Shown here: positions 31,601 through 45,620 of the stretch, in pieces
Layout of the letters: each line of letters opens with the position of its first letter
Numbering within the stretch: the first letter of the stretch is position 1
Translations under genes and position numbers: made by a program
Source: the human T2T-CHM13v2.0 reference genome, Homo sapiens
DNA length: 64,000 nucleotides
Assembly: GCF_009914755.1 (NCBI RefSeq)
Contig: NC_060925.1
Strand: one strand, 5' to 3'
Notes under the pieces: model-generated
Database searches by the model: none
Seen by the model: only the letters and a program-made list of their open reading frames with translations
What the model was told of the DNA's origin: nothing

Positions 31601-33089
31601 AGGTATTGGCCCTTTTTATCTGCAGATTTCTATCCTAATTTACGGTTTAAGTGGCATGTTACAGTAGTGACGGAGGTAGATGGTGTTTGTGAATAGCCAA
31701 ATATGGGAATAAACTCATGTAAGATGAGTGCAAGAAAAAAATTGCAAACAGATTCTTGTTTATACAGAAATAGGCTCAGATTTTTTATTGTTTGTTTTTC
31801 TTGCAAAACATTATAAATCCTCAAACCTCTACAACATAGAAGCAAATAAGTCTTCCTTTCTCTAGTGTCGAAATGCAGACTGTACTATCATTATAGGGCA
31901 GAAAACAAAACAAAACAGAAAAATCTGCACTGAGAACTTAGGTGAAACAGGGGCTTGCATTGTATCTGTCTGTGTCCTTTCATTGCTGAGAGCAGTGTAG
32001 AACTTTACGCTCCAGGATTCAGCTGTTTGCTGATTTGCTCTAAACTCAATTCATTTTCTAATTTCATCTCTTTGATGTTATTCCAGTGAGAAGCCTGCAG
32101 GTAGTACCTCCACCAGGAAGATATTATTAATTAGCAGCCAACAGGGTGAGCAGAAATCACGTGCTCCATTTGCACAGCTAATGGTTCGGTTCATGAATGG
32201 TTCTCAAAATATTTTACACCAGCCAATCTGAAAAAACATATGATTCTGGTTAAATTTAAGGACTCTTGGATCCTGCAGGCCCAGATATTCATACCTTGAG
32301 CAGCCATGCAAATGAGAGTGTCATCATTTCAAAGTTCAATAGGAAGAAAATGAAGCAGCTGCTATTTAATTTTTTATGGAGCCTACAATTTGTCTCATTA
32401 GTGGGCAAATAGGACAGGCTGGGAACTAAAAGCTATCTAGGCCTCAACTCTGCAGGACAGAAAAAAAGTGATCTGTATCAAATCACTCACTCGGGCTCCT
32501 GGGGATAGGGTTAGACTGGCTGGTGCTGGGGAAAGGGCACCTGGCTCCAAATCCTGGCTGCTAGGCAGGCTCCATCACCTCACTGATACATGACCTTTGG
32601 CAAAGTACAGAAGGTTCCAGAGCCTCATGACCGTATCTAAAAACAGAGGAATTTGGAATTACCCTGTCCATCTCTCAGAGCTGTGGAGCACCTGGGAGGC
32701 AAGAATCCCTGGTGCTTTGAAAACTCCAAAAGGCTGTTCAAATGCAATTTGAGAATGACCTGGATACCTGGATTGTTAAACTGAGGCCCAAGGGTAGCAG
32801 ATTTGACTGCAATCACAGAGGTACAGCCCTGAGGCTGGGCTCCCTCATTCAGGATTCAAGGAAAATCCCTACATTCTCTCTCTCTACTCACAGTGTCACC
32901 CATCAGCCAGTGAGGCAGATGAGGAAAGGAAGGCTGAAGCCAGCATGTTTCCTAGGTCATTTCCAGCGTAGGAACACAGTGATGTTACCTGGTAACAAGT
33001 CATGGCAACTTGCTGATAGAAGTCAAGACACTAAGCAGAGCAAGTCTGGGGAAATAGGCAAGGGGCAAAGAGTCAATAGAGCTCCACTA

Positions 33090-33652
33090 TGTTACAAAGA
33101 ATTTGGCTGGCCTTGTCCCTGCTTCCGGAGTTTTGTCCAACTCCTTGCAATTTCCTTATAGAAGTATCTTATTATTCATGGCGAACCTTGATAGTTTATG
33201 CTCACAAGGTGACTGATGATCTCCAGATAGTTTATGCTAAAGAGGTGACTCAGGATGGGGGCCGGTCATGCCAGAAAGATCAACCATGTGATTAGAGGGT
33301 TGGGACTTTGAGTCACATGATCTCAGTCTGACCTCTGACAAGGAGAGGGGGCATGCAGATTGAGTCCAACCACGTGGCTGATGAGTTAATCAATCATGCC
33401 TATGTAATGGAGCCTTGGTAGAAACTCTGGACACCAAAGCTTGGGTGAGTCTAGTGATATACGTGGATGTACCAGGAGGGTGATGCATTCTGAGGACATG
33501 AAAGATTTGCATTTGGGACCCTCCCAGACCTTATCCTATGTGTGTCTTCTTTGGGATGGTTCTGATTTGCATCCTTTATATCCTATATATCCTTTATCTT
33601 CCTGAGTTCTGTGAGTTGTTCTAGTAAATTATGAAACCTGAGGGGGTAGTAG
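33090..33652 (+). mobile_element. LTR, MER21-like, 3' end truncated where MER41 begins
   Basis: GATAGTTTATGCTAA...GGTGACTCAGGATGGGGGCCGGTCATGCCAGAAAGATCAACCATGTGATTAGAGGGTTGGGACTTT; AATCAATCATGCCTATGTAATG. Confidence 0.7.
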
Positions 33653-34271
33653 TGTCAGAGGCATTTGAACTAGGGTGACTCCATCTTGAATAGGGGCTGA
33701 GTAAATAAGGCTGAGACCTACTGGACTGTATTCCCAGAAGGTTACACATTCTAAGTCACCAGATAAGATAGGAGGTCAGCACAAGGTAAGGTCACAAAAA
33801 CCTTGCTGATAAAAGAATGCTGTAAAGAAGCTGGCCAAAACCCACCAAAACCAAGATGGCCATGAAAGTGACCTCTGGTCATCCTCACTGCTCATTACAC
33901 ACTAATTATAAGGCATTAATTAGCATGCTAAAAGACACTCCTGCCAGCACCACGGCAGCTTACAAATGCCATGGCAACATCAGCAAGTTACCCCATATGG
34001 TCTAAAAAGGAGAGGAACCCTCAGTTCCAGGAATTGCCCACCCCTTCCCGGGAAAACTCACAAATAACACCCCTTATTTAGCATATAATCAAGAAATAAC
34101 CATAAAAAATAGCCAAACAGCAGCCCTCAGAACTGCCCTGCCTATGGAGTAGCCATTCTTTATTCCTTTACTTTCTTAATAAACTTGCTATCACTTTACT
34201 CTATGGATTTGCCTCAAATTCTTTCTTGTGTAAGATCCAAGAATCCTCTCTTGGGGTCCGGATCAGTAACA
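33653..34271 (+). mobile_element. ERV1 solo LTR MER41B-like, with GAS cassette
   Basis: TGTCAGAGGCATTTGAAC...CTCCATCTTGAATAGGGGCTG start; contains the 43-bp segment 34016-34058; ends GTAACA. Confidence 0.88.
34025..34054. promoter_or_regulatory. Tandem STAT motifs: TTCCAGGAA (GAS, N3) and TTCCCGGGAA (N4)
   Basis: Motifs at 34025-34033 and 34045-34054, where MER41B is known to carry STAT1 sites; activity not shown. Confidence 0.6.
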
Positions 34272-34621
34272 GCTTTACCATCACGTAGTTCTGTGACTTT
34301 ATGCCTGTTACTAAACCTTTTCATCTCCCCAAACTCACTCTGGCAAAAGGGGAAAACAATACCTGACACATGGAGTAATGAGGACTGAATGAAATACCAC
34401 ACCAAGTCCTGGATAAACATTCAGTGAGCGGAAATCTGACCTCAGCGGGGTGGCGGAACAGAGCTGAAAGTTACATAGATCTACAACTTGTGTCACATCT
34501 AAGACTCAGGGTAGGATGCTCGTTGGTGAGCAGTGATGATGCCATGACCCACACAGACTGGGGGAGACATGAGTGGGACAGAAAGATTTCAAAAATAGGA
34601 AGATGAGCTGAAAAGGCTCCA

Positions 34622-34981
34622 TGATAGGGTTTGGCTGTGTCCCCATCCAAATCTCATCTTGGATTGTAGCTCCCATAATTCCCACATGTTATGGGAGGGA
34701 CCTGGTGGGAGGTCATTGAATCATGGGGGCGGGTCTTTCCCGTGCTATTCTCATCATAGTGAATAAGAGATCTCACGAGATCTGATGGTTTATAAGGGGA
34801 GTTTCCTTGCACGAGCTCTCTTCTCTTGTCTACCACCATGTGAGACGTCCCTTTCACCTTCTGCCATGAGTGTGAGGCCTCCCCAGCCATGTGGCACTGT
34901 GAGTCCATTAAACCTCTTTCTTTTGTAAATTGCCCAGTCTCAGGTATGTCTTTAACAGCAGCATGAAAACAAACTAATACA
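34622..34981 (+). mobile_element. MaLR solo LTR THE1B-like
   Basis: TGATAGGGTTTGGCTGTGTCCCC...AAACTAATACA; 5-bp TSD CTCCA at 34617-34621 and 34982-34986. Confidence 0.92.
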
Positions 34982-35150
34982 CTCCAGAAATCTTATCTGA
35001 CAGTGTCTGATGAGATCTCTATCTGCCGAGAATTTTCTCCCCTAGAACAAAGATTGTGTCTTTCAGGCTCTGCCTCAGATGGGAAAGAGGAGGCTGAAGG
35101 AGTGGAGCTCTGAGACCACTACTTAATTTATATTTTCTATACTAGAGTTC

Positions 35151-35803
35151 TATAACCACCTTTGCAAAATGATGACAGTAGAAGAAATCTGTCATGGCTG
35201 ACCCCATCTTGCTTCTAGTCTTACAGGCTGGCTGTCTTTGCTCATTCCTGGGTGTAAGCCAAGCTATGTTTGGGAGACATTTAGTTTATAGTTTAAATGA
35301 TAGCGGGTCTTCCCCCAAAGCTTAACTGCCTTTGCAGAGCTAATGAAGGGCCATCAGGTTAGGAGGACGTTAGAAGGTTGAATTCTGCTAAAGTGTAGAC
35401 ATAAACCATTACCAGCCATTATTCTGGAGGTCAGAAGATACCTTCTCTAATTACTCAACTTCTCTAATTACTCCTGCAGATAACGTCACTATTGCAGAAC
35501 CTAAGATTGGTCTTTTGAGATGGCTTTTCAGGTTTTTGCATTTCTGACTACCAATGGCTCCAACTGGACCCGCGGACTCCGCCAACTGGTCCTGTGGCCC
35601 CACCCACAAGCAGACTCCCTGGCCCGCCAAACTATCGTTGAAAAACCCTAGCGTCTGCATTTTCAGAGAGATTGATTTGAGTAATAACACCAACTTCCAT
35701 GTAGCACAGCTGGCCTTCTGACTATTAAACGCTTTCTTTATCGCATTGCCGTGGTCTGGTTTTGTCTATGCAGGGAGAAGGAAGAATCCATCAGATGGCT
35801 ACA
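35151..35803 (+). mobile_element. ERV1 solo LTR (LTR8/LTR26-like)
   Basis: AACCACCTTTGCAAAAT...CCATCTTGCTTCTA...CATTCCTGGGTGTA; ends GGCTACA; TSD GTTC/ATTC. Confidence 0.75.
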
Positions 35804-37103
35804 ATTCCAGGTAAAATTCATCTGAAAAAAAAATTTTTCTGCTATTTCTCTTTAAGTTGGTCTCAGAGAACAGATCTGATCACTACGGCAGCTGCTCCTC
35901 AGCACCTGAGCCTGAGTTTCAAGAATTAGACATCAAAGTTAAAGTGACAAGCCCTTGGGAGGAAGAGACTGCTGATTAGAAGTCTTGATTGCAAGGGAAG
36001 GGGATGCTAGACATATACAGTCTGTCTTAGAAGCCTACATTTACAATGGCAGGTTTTCAAAAGGTCAAAGAAAAACAGGGCTGATTCTATAGTGTGACTC
36101 TAGAAGAAAAGGGGACACACAAGTGTTGAGAAGCTCTGCCACCCATGGAAAGTGGCTCAGATGTGAGACCTGCATACAAAGCCTGCAAGGAAGGGCACCA
36201 AGGTGATCAAGGATGCAGAGAGGTGCAGCGGGGGCTGGCAAGGAGAATAACAGGGCAGAAGAGAGGCTGCAACCCAAAATGACTTGGGAAAATCTTAAGC
36301 ACCCAAAAAAGGTAGGGGCATGGGGATGGAGAGAAACTTCATTGGTGCATTTATCCAGAAATCAGTTGCTGGCACAAGGCCAGCCACTTCTGGGGAGAAG
36401 TGAGGGAGAATATCTCTCCTTTTTATAGCATTCTGATGGGGGTGCCGAAATAATACTGCCTTGCTGCATCCCATGGCTTACAGGGTTATCGCTAGGAATG
36501 GCTCCTTCAGTCTTCAAGCTCCTCTCCACTCTCCTCCACACTCCTGGCCACATGGGAACCTGGAGGAAGGGGGTTGGAACAAAGCCAGGACAGACACCAA
36601 GCAGGACTGGACGTTTCTCCTCACCCCTGACAACTGCCCCTGGAGAAGCCCGTTGACCTGCCTCCTCCTTCTCTGAAGATGAGTCTGTCCCAGAATGCTC
36701 CCCCATTCAAAAGGACTTCTGCCAGGTCCAGGATGGAACTACTAGGTCAGAACCATGCCCAGTGGAGGGCAAAAGGGAGGCTGAGCTGGGGCTCACTTTC
36801 ACACACCCATTTTATAACCAAGGAGACAGAGGCTCAGAGAAGTCAAGTAATTTGCCCAAGGTCCCCAAGTTAGTAGGTCACAGGGCAGGATCCAAATGCA
36901 GGTCTGTCTGGCCCCCTCCGCCTCCCTGCACAACCGTCCCTAGAGGCCTTAACTGTAGGATCTGGTTGGCCAAAGAAGGCAAGAGAGGGTGTCTGAGGCA
37001 AGGAGAGGCACCTAGGAGAGGAGGGGGGCCTTGGAGATGACGATGAGTCTGGCAGCGCAGACCTTGTAAAGGCATCATCAACCAGAGGTTAGGCTGATGG
37101 AAG

Positions 37104-37639
37104 TGTCAGAGGTATGTGAACCAGAGCAACTCCATCTTGACTAGGAGCTGGATAAAATGAGACTGAAACCTACTGGGCTGCATTCCCAGATGGTTAAGGC
37201 ATTGTAAGCCACAGGATGACATAAGAGGTCAGCACAAGATATAGGTCATAAAGACCTTGCTGATAAAACAGGTGGCAGTAAAGAAGCCAGCTAAAACCCA
37301 CCAAAACCAAGATGACGACAAGAGTGGTCTCTGGTCATCCTCACTGCTACACTCCGACCAGTGCCATGACAGTTTACAAATGCCATGGCAACATCAGAAA
37401 GTTATCCTATATGGCCTTAAAAGGGGAAGCATGAATAATCCACCCCTTATTTAGCATAAAATCAAGAAATAACCATAAAAATGGGCAACCCGCCCCTCTT
37501 GGCTGCTGTGTCTATGGAGTAGCCATTCTTTTATTCCTCTTGCTTTCACTTTACTCTATGGACTCTCCCTGAATTCTTTCTTGCATGAGACTCAAGAACC
37601 CTCTTTTGGGGTCCGGATTGGGACCCCTTTCCTGGAACA
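37104..37639 (+). mobile_element. ERV1 solo LTR MER41A-like, without GAS cassette
   Basis: Aligns with 33653-34271 but lacks exactly 43 bp at GGGGAAG^CATGAATAA (~37429); ends CCTTTCCTGGAACA. Confidence 0.88.
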
Positions 37640-37939
37640 GGTGAAGGCCTTCAGGTCAAGCAGCAGAGTCTTTGGACGTTCTTGTGTCTCAACCTGGTCC
37701 TGGAAGTACTTTGTTTTGAAATTGCATTTAGTCTTTCAGAAAGTCCTCAAGAAACTTGGGTAAATGGTCTTTGCCAACAGTTCATATTTCTCTTTTACTC
37801 CCAAAAGGAAATTTATTATTATATTTATGATTATTATTAAATCAATGTCTCTCATGAGGCCAGGAAGCCCATTTGCTCCAGATTCGCTGCCCTGAGTTGC
37901 CCTGACTTCACTGGGAGCTCGTCAATGCTTGCCCTTCTT

Positions 37940-39590
<1,651 letters not shown>

Positions 39591-41399
39591 TGAACGAGTC
39601 CAGCAGGCTCTGTCCCTCTCAGCAGGCTGGGTTAATAACCTGCTCACAATACACCCCCTTAATCCACTCCTGGGTCATCTTCATCTACCCAAAGGACACA
39701 CTGAAAATTCACCAACACACCAACATGAGACAACAGGAAACACAAGACAGACTGGTTTTCACAGGTAGGAGGGAATACAGCGGCCCTTTCAATAGGACCA
39801 GCTTCTTTTCTGGGGGCATGTTTCTTCTTGCTGAATTTTAATCCACGGTTTCTTTATGTTTGTCAATGAAATCAAAAGTTTCACACTGACACTTCCAACT
39901 AGCAAAGAAAGTAATGCTTAGGAGCATGCTTCCCCTCCCTTACCTTTTTCACTGCAGAACTATTGGTAGGAGGGGTGGATGGTGGAAAAGGCAAGGGCTC
40001 GAAGCCAATCAGATCTGGGTTCAAATCCAGTCGTACCACTTATTAGGAAGGTGGTCTTGGCTGGACAAGTTACTTTCCTCCTATGACTCCATTTTCTCAT
40101 CAGCGAAGCCAGGTGAACACCCACGGCATTGTGATGAGGATTAGAAGTGCTCCTAAGAGCTGGCACAATGCCTGATGCAGGGACGCCTCCTAAGCCCTCC
40201 CGAAGCTTCCCTTTGTTCTTGCTCATCCAGGAGAGATTTCTTTGTTAAATGATTTCTTCTGGGAGTTACACTTTTGTCCTTTAAAAAAAAAGTAGGTGAA
40301 TGTAGAAAAAGCAACTTTTACCTCCTCTCTCTCTGTCCCCAACATCTCAATAAATATCGCACATCTAAAAGAGACAGCAGTGCAGTATTTGCCCTGTTCT
40401 GTTTGTAATGTGACGACATCATCAGGGGAGGGAAGGTGGGTATGGGGTGGTCCTTAAGAAGTGCTGTGCCTGTGAGCTGAAATGCACTCAGCATGTAGAA
40501 CAAGACCAGGACACTAGGCGCTCCCTCTGGGCCTGAGCTAGCTGCTCTCCTTCCACACAGGCATACCCTGGGTGGTTGTGTCCCTCCGCTTCTCGGGGTG
40601 TTGCACAGAGGCCCCCAAGGACATCTGGCTAAACACGGGTAGCAGAAGTGGGGGCAATGGGTTTGTCTGCTAACATCAACATCTTCCTTGAGTGGAACAG
40701 AGCAAGGGGGCAGCAGACACACAGAAAGAATTCCTACAAAAGAAAATAAAGGAAGCTGTGGGATCCAGTACCCTGCAGCTCACACAGGAAGAGGGACACC
40801 TCTCTTTAGTCTGAGAGTCTCAGAGCACTACTGTTACAAAAGTATGTTTTCTTGCTCAATGCCCTGAGCTCAGGAAGGGCCGTCCCAGGACAGTGCCTCA
40901 TCTCCACAAGCCCCAAGCTGAGGACCTGGCTCCACTAACAACTCTGTCATTCACAAATTTGTCCCAATCCTTTTTGAAACTAGTTAAATTGCACCTGGCC
41001 TTCTGTGTGAAGTGGTATTTCCTTTAAGTTTTTTCTAGATTTACTTCTTGCAAGTTTCAAAGGTACTACCCTCATTCTAATAGCCTCTCATTCCACATGT
41101 GGCATGATCTTCCGAATTTCAATCCTGACCTCTCTCATGCCTCACCTGTCCAGACCAAAGAGTCCTAGTGTTCACAGGTGTCTTTTCAGTGACAGCCCGC
41201 TTCTCATCTGATCAGGCCATTGCCCTACTCCACAAGACGTGCCCACTCTCTGAAAGAAACGCTGACACTGCACAGCCAGTGAAAAGCAGAGACAGGCCTA
41301 CTCCAGGCTCAGGTACCAGACCTGAGGGCTCCTTCCTGCTTTTCTTCAGCATTTTGGGAGGCAGTACACGGCAAAGACAGATGCAGAGACCTGCATGCG

Positions 41400-41600
41400 A
41401 TCCTGACTCAGTCCATTTCTAGCTGTGTGACTTGGGGCAAGTCAATGAACCTCTTTAGGTCTCAGTTTTCTCATCTATAAAATGGAGATAATAAAGCACT
41501 TACTGGCCAGGGCTGTTACGAGGTTTAAAGGAGATATTCTATGTAGCTCACTGAGAACTCTGCCTGGTCCATGGTAAGTAATCAATATCTGTTATTATCT
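41400..41600 (+). mobile_element. MIR SINE
   Basis: AGCTGTGTGACTTGGGGCAAGTC...TCTCAGTTTTCTCATCTATAAAATGGAGATAATA. Confidence 0.8.
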
Positions 41601-41760
41601 TCACCATCACCCAGTGCCCTTCATCTCTTCTGGGGAGAATTTGCTGACTTCTCTGGGCAGCATGTGTTTCTTCCTTTGTCCCTTTCTAATGCCATGTTTC
41701 TATCACTAGCGTAGAACTTACCTTGTTGCTGGAATCATGTGTTTGTGGATCCAATGAAAC

Positions 41761-42466
41761 CAGGTATTCTAAATCTTTTTGAACCATGGATGCCTTTGGC
41801 AATCTGGTGAAGCACATGGACCCTTTCAAAATAATGTTTTTAAATGCATAAAATAAAAAGCATAGTATTATGAAGGAAACTGGTTATACTGAAATATAGT
41901 TATCAAAATATTTTTTAAACAGATCTGTGATATGGCAGTATGTGTGCTTCTTTATTAAAACATCAAATAACGTTTACTTTGGGTCTAATACGGGTAGAGT
42001 ATCTCTTATCTAAAACTCCTGGGACCAGAAGTGTTTCAGACTTCAAATGTTTTCAGATTTTGGAATATTTACAGTATAGTTACCGATTGAGCATCCCAAA
42101 TCCCAAAATCCAAAACCCAGAACACTCCAATGAGCATTTCCTTTGAGCATCAGGTCAGCACTCAAAAAGTTTTGGGTTTCAGAGCATTTTGGATTTCGGA
42201 TTTCCGGATTGGAGATGCTTAGCCTGTAATAACACTAATTGATGATATGAGATTGTGAGATATTTATAACAACTGTGGGCGATACGAAAATATCTGTGAC
42301 TCCTACAGGTGACAGAGTCACAGGTACTGCTCAGCTTACTCTAGTCAATTTCCTACCTCCAGAAGAAAAGGAAATGTTAAACTTTGGTTAGAGATTAGTA
42401 AAATTAAAAAGTAAATTGTTTTCTCATCTAAGCTCACAGACCTCTTGAATTCTGTTGAGAACCTTG
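41761..42466. mobile_element. hAT-Charlie (Charlie4a-like) DNA transposon relic, interrupted by Tigger4a
   Basis: CCATGGATGCCTTTGGCAATCTGGTGAAGC...AATAATGTTTTTAAATGCATAAAATAAAA; resumes after 42228. Confidence 0.7.
41991..42226. mobile_element. Tigger4a (MER46A) MITE
   Basis: Termini CGGGTAGAGTATC and GATGCTTAGCCTG; TA target duplication at 41989-41990 and 42227-42228; internal GGATTTC repeats. Confidence 0.88.
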
Positions 42467-43261
42467 AGGCAGACTGTGAGTTTCTAAGAGTTCGTGTCCT
42501 ATTTATCTAACTTCAGTGTCAAGCATAGAGCATGGTACACAGGAAAGACCTAACACATCGATTTTTCAATTAATGAATTTAGGACATTGTGCCAGGTGCT
42601 ACAAAACAGACAAGGCTCCTGCCCTCTAGAAGCTAAAATCTGTACACAAATAATTGTGATATAAGATAAGAGGTGGCAAATGCCATGAGGTAGGAGATTA
42701 GAAGGGTAGGCAGCCCTGGGGTGTGTGTGTGTGTATGGTGAGTGTGTGGTGTGTGCATGTGTGTCTGTTGACATGTAGGTACGTGTGTGTGTGCATATGC
42801 ATGCGAGGCGGGGAGCAGAAGACTGCAATGGGAACAGTGCATTCACCAAATTATCTTGAAATTATTCGTCATGAATCTAACCCCCTGACTAGGGTAAGCT
42901 TTTCATGGACAGAGACCATGTGTTATTTATGCTTAGGCAACAGGCATGGTATTTTGAAAATATTAAACTGATATGTTTTTCATTCCCTTATAATCATGCT
43001 CCCTGCAGCCTTTACACAATTACAGCTAAGCCTTTCCCCAAGGAAGAAAAGCAGAGCACTGAGGAAGGCCACAGAGGAAAGCAGGATATGATGGAGAAAG
43101 GGTAGCACCTGCCTCCACAGGCAGAGGAAGCAGACGGCCCTTCCAGTTTCGCCTTTAGGTAGAGACTGAAAGAAGAGAGAAAGGAGGTGCTGAAGAGCAG
43201 TGCTGGGGAGCATGTTCCTGCTCCTCCTCTCTTAGGGGCTGATCTCACAATGACGGAGGGT

Positions 43262-43410
43262 GAAGGGAGTGAGGGAGAGTGACAAAAAGGAAGGAGGAAG
43301 GAAGGAGGGGGATGGAAGGAAAGAGGAAAAGAAGGAAGGGAGAGAGGGAGGGATGGAAGGAAAGAGGAAAAGAAGGAGGAAAAAAGGAGAAGAGAGGTTA
43401 AGTGAAGAAG
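43262..43410. repeat. Purine-rich (GGAA/GAAA) low-complexity tract
   Basis: Near-pure A/G run. Confidence 0.85.
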
Positions 43411-45620
43411 CTAAAAGCTGTTTTCTGCATCCCTTTGAGATTATGGGTGCATGAAACCAGCATGCAAATGCCTCCACATCAACATGAGATGTCCCCAGTA
43501 GACAGAAAATGGTGGTGTGTAGAGTTCTGATCAACAGGGGCCCCAGAGAGCACTCACAAGAGTCACTTGACTTCCATGTGGCATGCAAGGATCCAATGAG
43601 AGACATGTAATAGAGCTGAAGATTGAGGGTGGAAGGGTCCAGCCATGAGGCTGCCATGGAGACAGGGATGGGGGCTTCATAGCTAAATGGCAGGGTAGAC
43701 CACCCAGGCCAGGTACAGGATGCAGGGTGAGGCCAAGACTCAGAGGGTAGAGACCAGTCTGCCAGTGACTGTGCCAAGAGACCTCAAGACTGAGTCACAG
43801 TAGCTGTGAACTCCAGCCCTGAATGCCAGCAGGATGCATGATGACAAAAGGGCAAGGACTCAGGAGAAGCACTCAAGGCCAGGATGCTCTGGCCCACTGC
43901 TATGAGGACATCGAGGCTTCCTCTACTCCAGATGCCATTTAAGAAGGAGGGCAAAGGGAGAACATCTGAGAAGCAGAAACAACCCAGATAGAAAGTCTGA
44001 ACCTGGAATCAATCTGCCCAATTATTTTAAAAAAAAAGAGACCTTAACTGAAGCAGCTAATTTAGCTTATGGGAAATACATTTAAGGGGTCTTTCACCAT
44101 CTGTGGATGTGAGGTTTCATTGCCACATGAAAAGCCACAGGAAGTAAAGAGCACATGTATTTCTTATCTTTACTTTTTGGCACATCCGACTGACTGCAAT
44201 GCATAAGTTTCAACTTTCCTCCATCCCTCCACATCCCATTGTAATTCCAGTATCTAGTATGGCATCAGGCACATAGTGGGCATGCAGTAAATGCTTATGA
44301 AGATGAGCTCAGCCTAGGTACACAGGAAGCAATGACAAGTGACAGCTAACAGATGGCCATGAAGAGAAAGGAAAACAAAACACAGAATCAAAGACATAAG
44401 GGCTGTGACAAAGGCAGAGTGTCTTGGGGCCATTGGGTGTATGGGCAAATGGCTGCTGTGACTGTCATCCATTGGCTGCTAGAATCACTTCATAGTGACT
44501 GTTCACAATGAAGACCCAAGACACCAATATTTAAGGAGGCAGGAAAATACATATTTACAAAGATTCCCATCCAAAATGGTTACTTTAAAAAGGTATCTTA
44601 AAAGCTTAAAACATAGCTCATAATAATATTAATTTCCACGGAACCTACCACTCCTCCAAAGATGCTGGATCAGTAAGACACAAATGCACTTTGCTTCTCC
44701 TCTCTCAAGATCAGTCTGGAAATGCAGTTATCTCCCTTTCCAGGATCTATTTCCATGTGACCCTTCATGGATACCCAGCTTTATCTAGTAGGGCAGCAAA
44801 CTTTCTTAGAGGGGCCTGCAGACTTCCTTTAGATGGACGAGATACCACCCACAACAGCACTTGGGAGGGTAAAGGCTGAATCAGGTCCCTTCATGAATGA
44901 GGAAAGAAGAGGCAATGGACACTGATGGGTACAAGCAGCAGGCAGAGCCTAACTCTAACTGCATCTGCTGTTCTCACTAGCAGGGTCTTTATTTGTAAAC
45001 ACGTACTCACATTTCCCCCACCTCCTACCTAAGATCAATGCACCGTACTCCAGGAAGGGGTACTTTACTTGTGTTTCTCTCTGATACCCACTCCACAATG
45101 CAGTTGAGATGGGCTTATGACTCTTCTGCCTTCATTTTGCCAAGTGGGGGAAGAAACCAAGGCATTTGGAAATTCTTATGATTTGGTTAGGTCATACCCA
45201 GCCAGGACTGGAACGAAAGCCAGTTCTCATTATGTAGCTTGGCATCAGTATCCCTTCTCTCCTGTCTTCCCCCAAAGAAAAGAAAAACTTTGCAGTGTGC
45301 TGAGGTCTTTATTTAAACAAGAAGCAAACAAAAAATAACCCCAAGCAAATTAAAAAATAAAAATTTCCAAATAATACCATCATTTTTTCCCCATGAGCCA
45401 TGAGAAGAAATTCAGAAAAGACATGATTCTAACAGAAATATATCGAGAGTGATGGGGAGATTAATTTTGGAAGTTATGGTAATTCTACCAAATTCCAAGG
45501 AAAGAAAATTCATAATTCATATCAAGCTTCATCAACATACATAATGTTCTGTAAACCAGGTTTAATTCATCCTATGGTTTCACCCATTCACCACAAAGAA
45601 CAAGAGAAAATGACTTTCCC

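Noticed and set aside
43232-43777. 181-aa ORF with a hydrophobic tail
   Set aside because: The tail derives from the purine/pyrimidine low-complexity tract; no recognisable homology
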